Below, one piece after another: positions 62,542 to 63,160 of a stretch of DNA of 63,160 nucleotides. Within the stretch, counting starts at the first letter, position 1; every line of letters starts with the position of its first letter. The DNA comes from Dehalococcoidia bacterium (GTDB taxonomy: Bacteria; Chloroflexota; Dehalococcoidia; Lucifugimonadales; UBA3495), in assembly GCA_030740155.1 (NCBI GenBank), contig JASLXV010000095.1, positions 1 through 63,160 of the forward strand. The letters run 5' to 3'. Under the pieces are notes generated by a model that did not search any database, was not told where the DNA came from, and worked only from the letters and a program-made list of their open reading frames with translations. The position numbers and the translations under genes were made by a program.

Positions 62542-63160
62542 GTGTCTGGGCGAGGTGGAAACCAACGGCCATTGACTCCCCCGCAGGGGCGGGATCTCAA
62601 GTACGCTCACTTGTTGCTCAAGTCCATGTGGTCCGATACCTCCCCGGCTGGCAAGCGGTTCGCTCATGACCGCGAGGGTCTATATCAACGGTGGCGGCGC
62701 CCTATAAGAGGCATCATCGTCTGCAAACGCGGCTCGCCCTTCGCAGGGATCGAAGATATAGACCGGGACCTGGACAACCTTGAATGTGACCACCGAAGCG
62801 ACGAATATCCAGAACCGAGGCCCCTCACCCCCGAGGAAAAAGCCTGTTGGGTTCGTCCCGCCACGATAGCCAAGTACCGCCAAGATGTCGCCGCATTTTG
62901 TGACCGCTGGCGACTAAAGGCTTGGTGGGCGGTGCCTGCCATTATCGACCACCACTTTCTTCTAACCGAGCACGAGTCGACTTGGAACCCCACGGCACCG
63001 CCGCTAAGCATGTATGTCTACGATCCGGGCCCGCCTGTGTCGCTCATGCTCACGGTCAAGTTGCCTGGCAGGACGGAGGAGCAATTCGAGCGCGACAAGG
63101 CCAGGGCCTTGAGCTTATTAGAGGTGATCGAGAACCTTCAAGCAGATAGCTGGGTGACTC
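62542..63160 (+). CDS. Hypothetical protein, truncated by the window end (absent from the ORF track)
   Basis: Frame open for 206 codons from GTG 62542 (LTPPQGRDLKYAHLLLKSMW...FCDRWRLKAWWAVP...) to the edge. Confidence 0.55.
   Translation, partial: MSGRGGNQRPLTPPQGRDLKYAHLLLKSMWSDTSPAGKRFAHDREGLYQRWRRPIRGIIVCKRGSPFAGIEDIDRDLDNLECDHRSDEYPEPRPLTPEEKACWVRPATIAKYRQDVAAFCDRWRLKAWWAVPAIIDHHFLLTEHESTWNPTAPPLSMYVYDPGPPVSLMLTVKLPGRTEEQFERDKARALSLLEVIENLQADSWVT

Overview
A 63 kb, GC-rich bacterial chromosomal segment. Gene content (F420-dependent LLM oxidoreductase plus cofE, paralogous TPP enzyme, CoA-transferase, xanthine-dehydrogenase-family molybdoenzyme, futalosine-type quinone genes, GAF repeats) suggests Chloroflexota/Dehalococcoidia, possibly SAR202-like; this is inference. 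Housekeeping genes (hisAH, prfA-prmC, dinB, dnaN, panE) are mixed with catabolic and transport genes. No rRNA, tRNA, CRISPR array, integrase or transposase was seen. The most notable signals missed by the ORF track are: (1) a probable selenoprotein, a thioredoxin-fold + NHL-repeat protein with in-frame TGA in a C-U-I-N-C motif followed by a SECIS-like hairpin; (2) a ~1500-codon GAF-only tandem array with no output domain, split by an in-frame TAG; (3) a hicB-hicA cassette bracketed by an 87-bp direct repeat of the panE 5' end; (4) a secreted gluzincin with a Cys-containing GGGC-TM-Arg C-terminal tail resembling a sorting signal; (5) three further genes broken by single lesions (TAG, TAA, +1 frameshift); (6) twin near-consensus sigma70 promoters; and (7) several distinct REP-like palindrome families, some nested.
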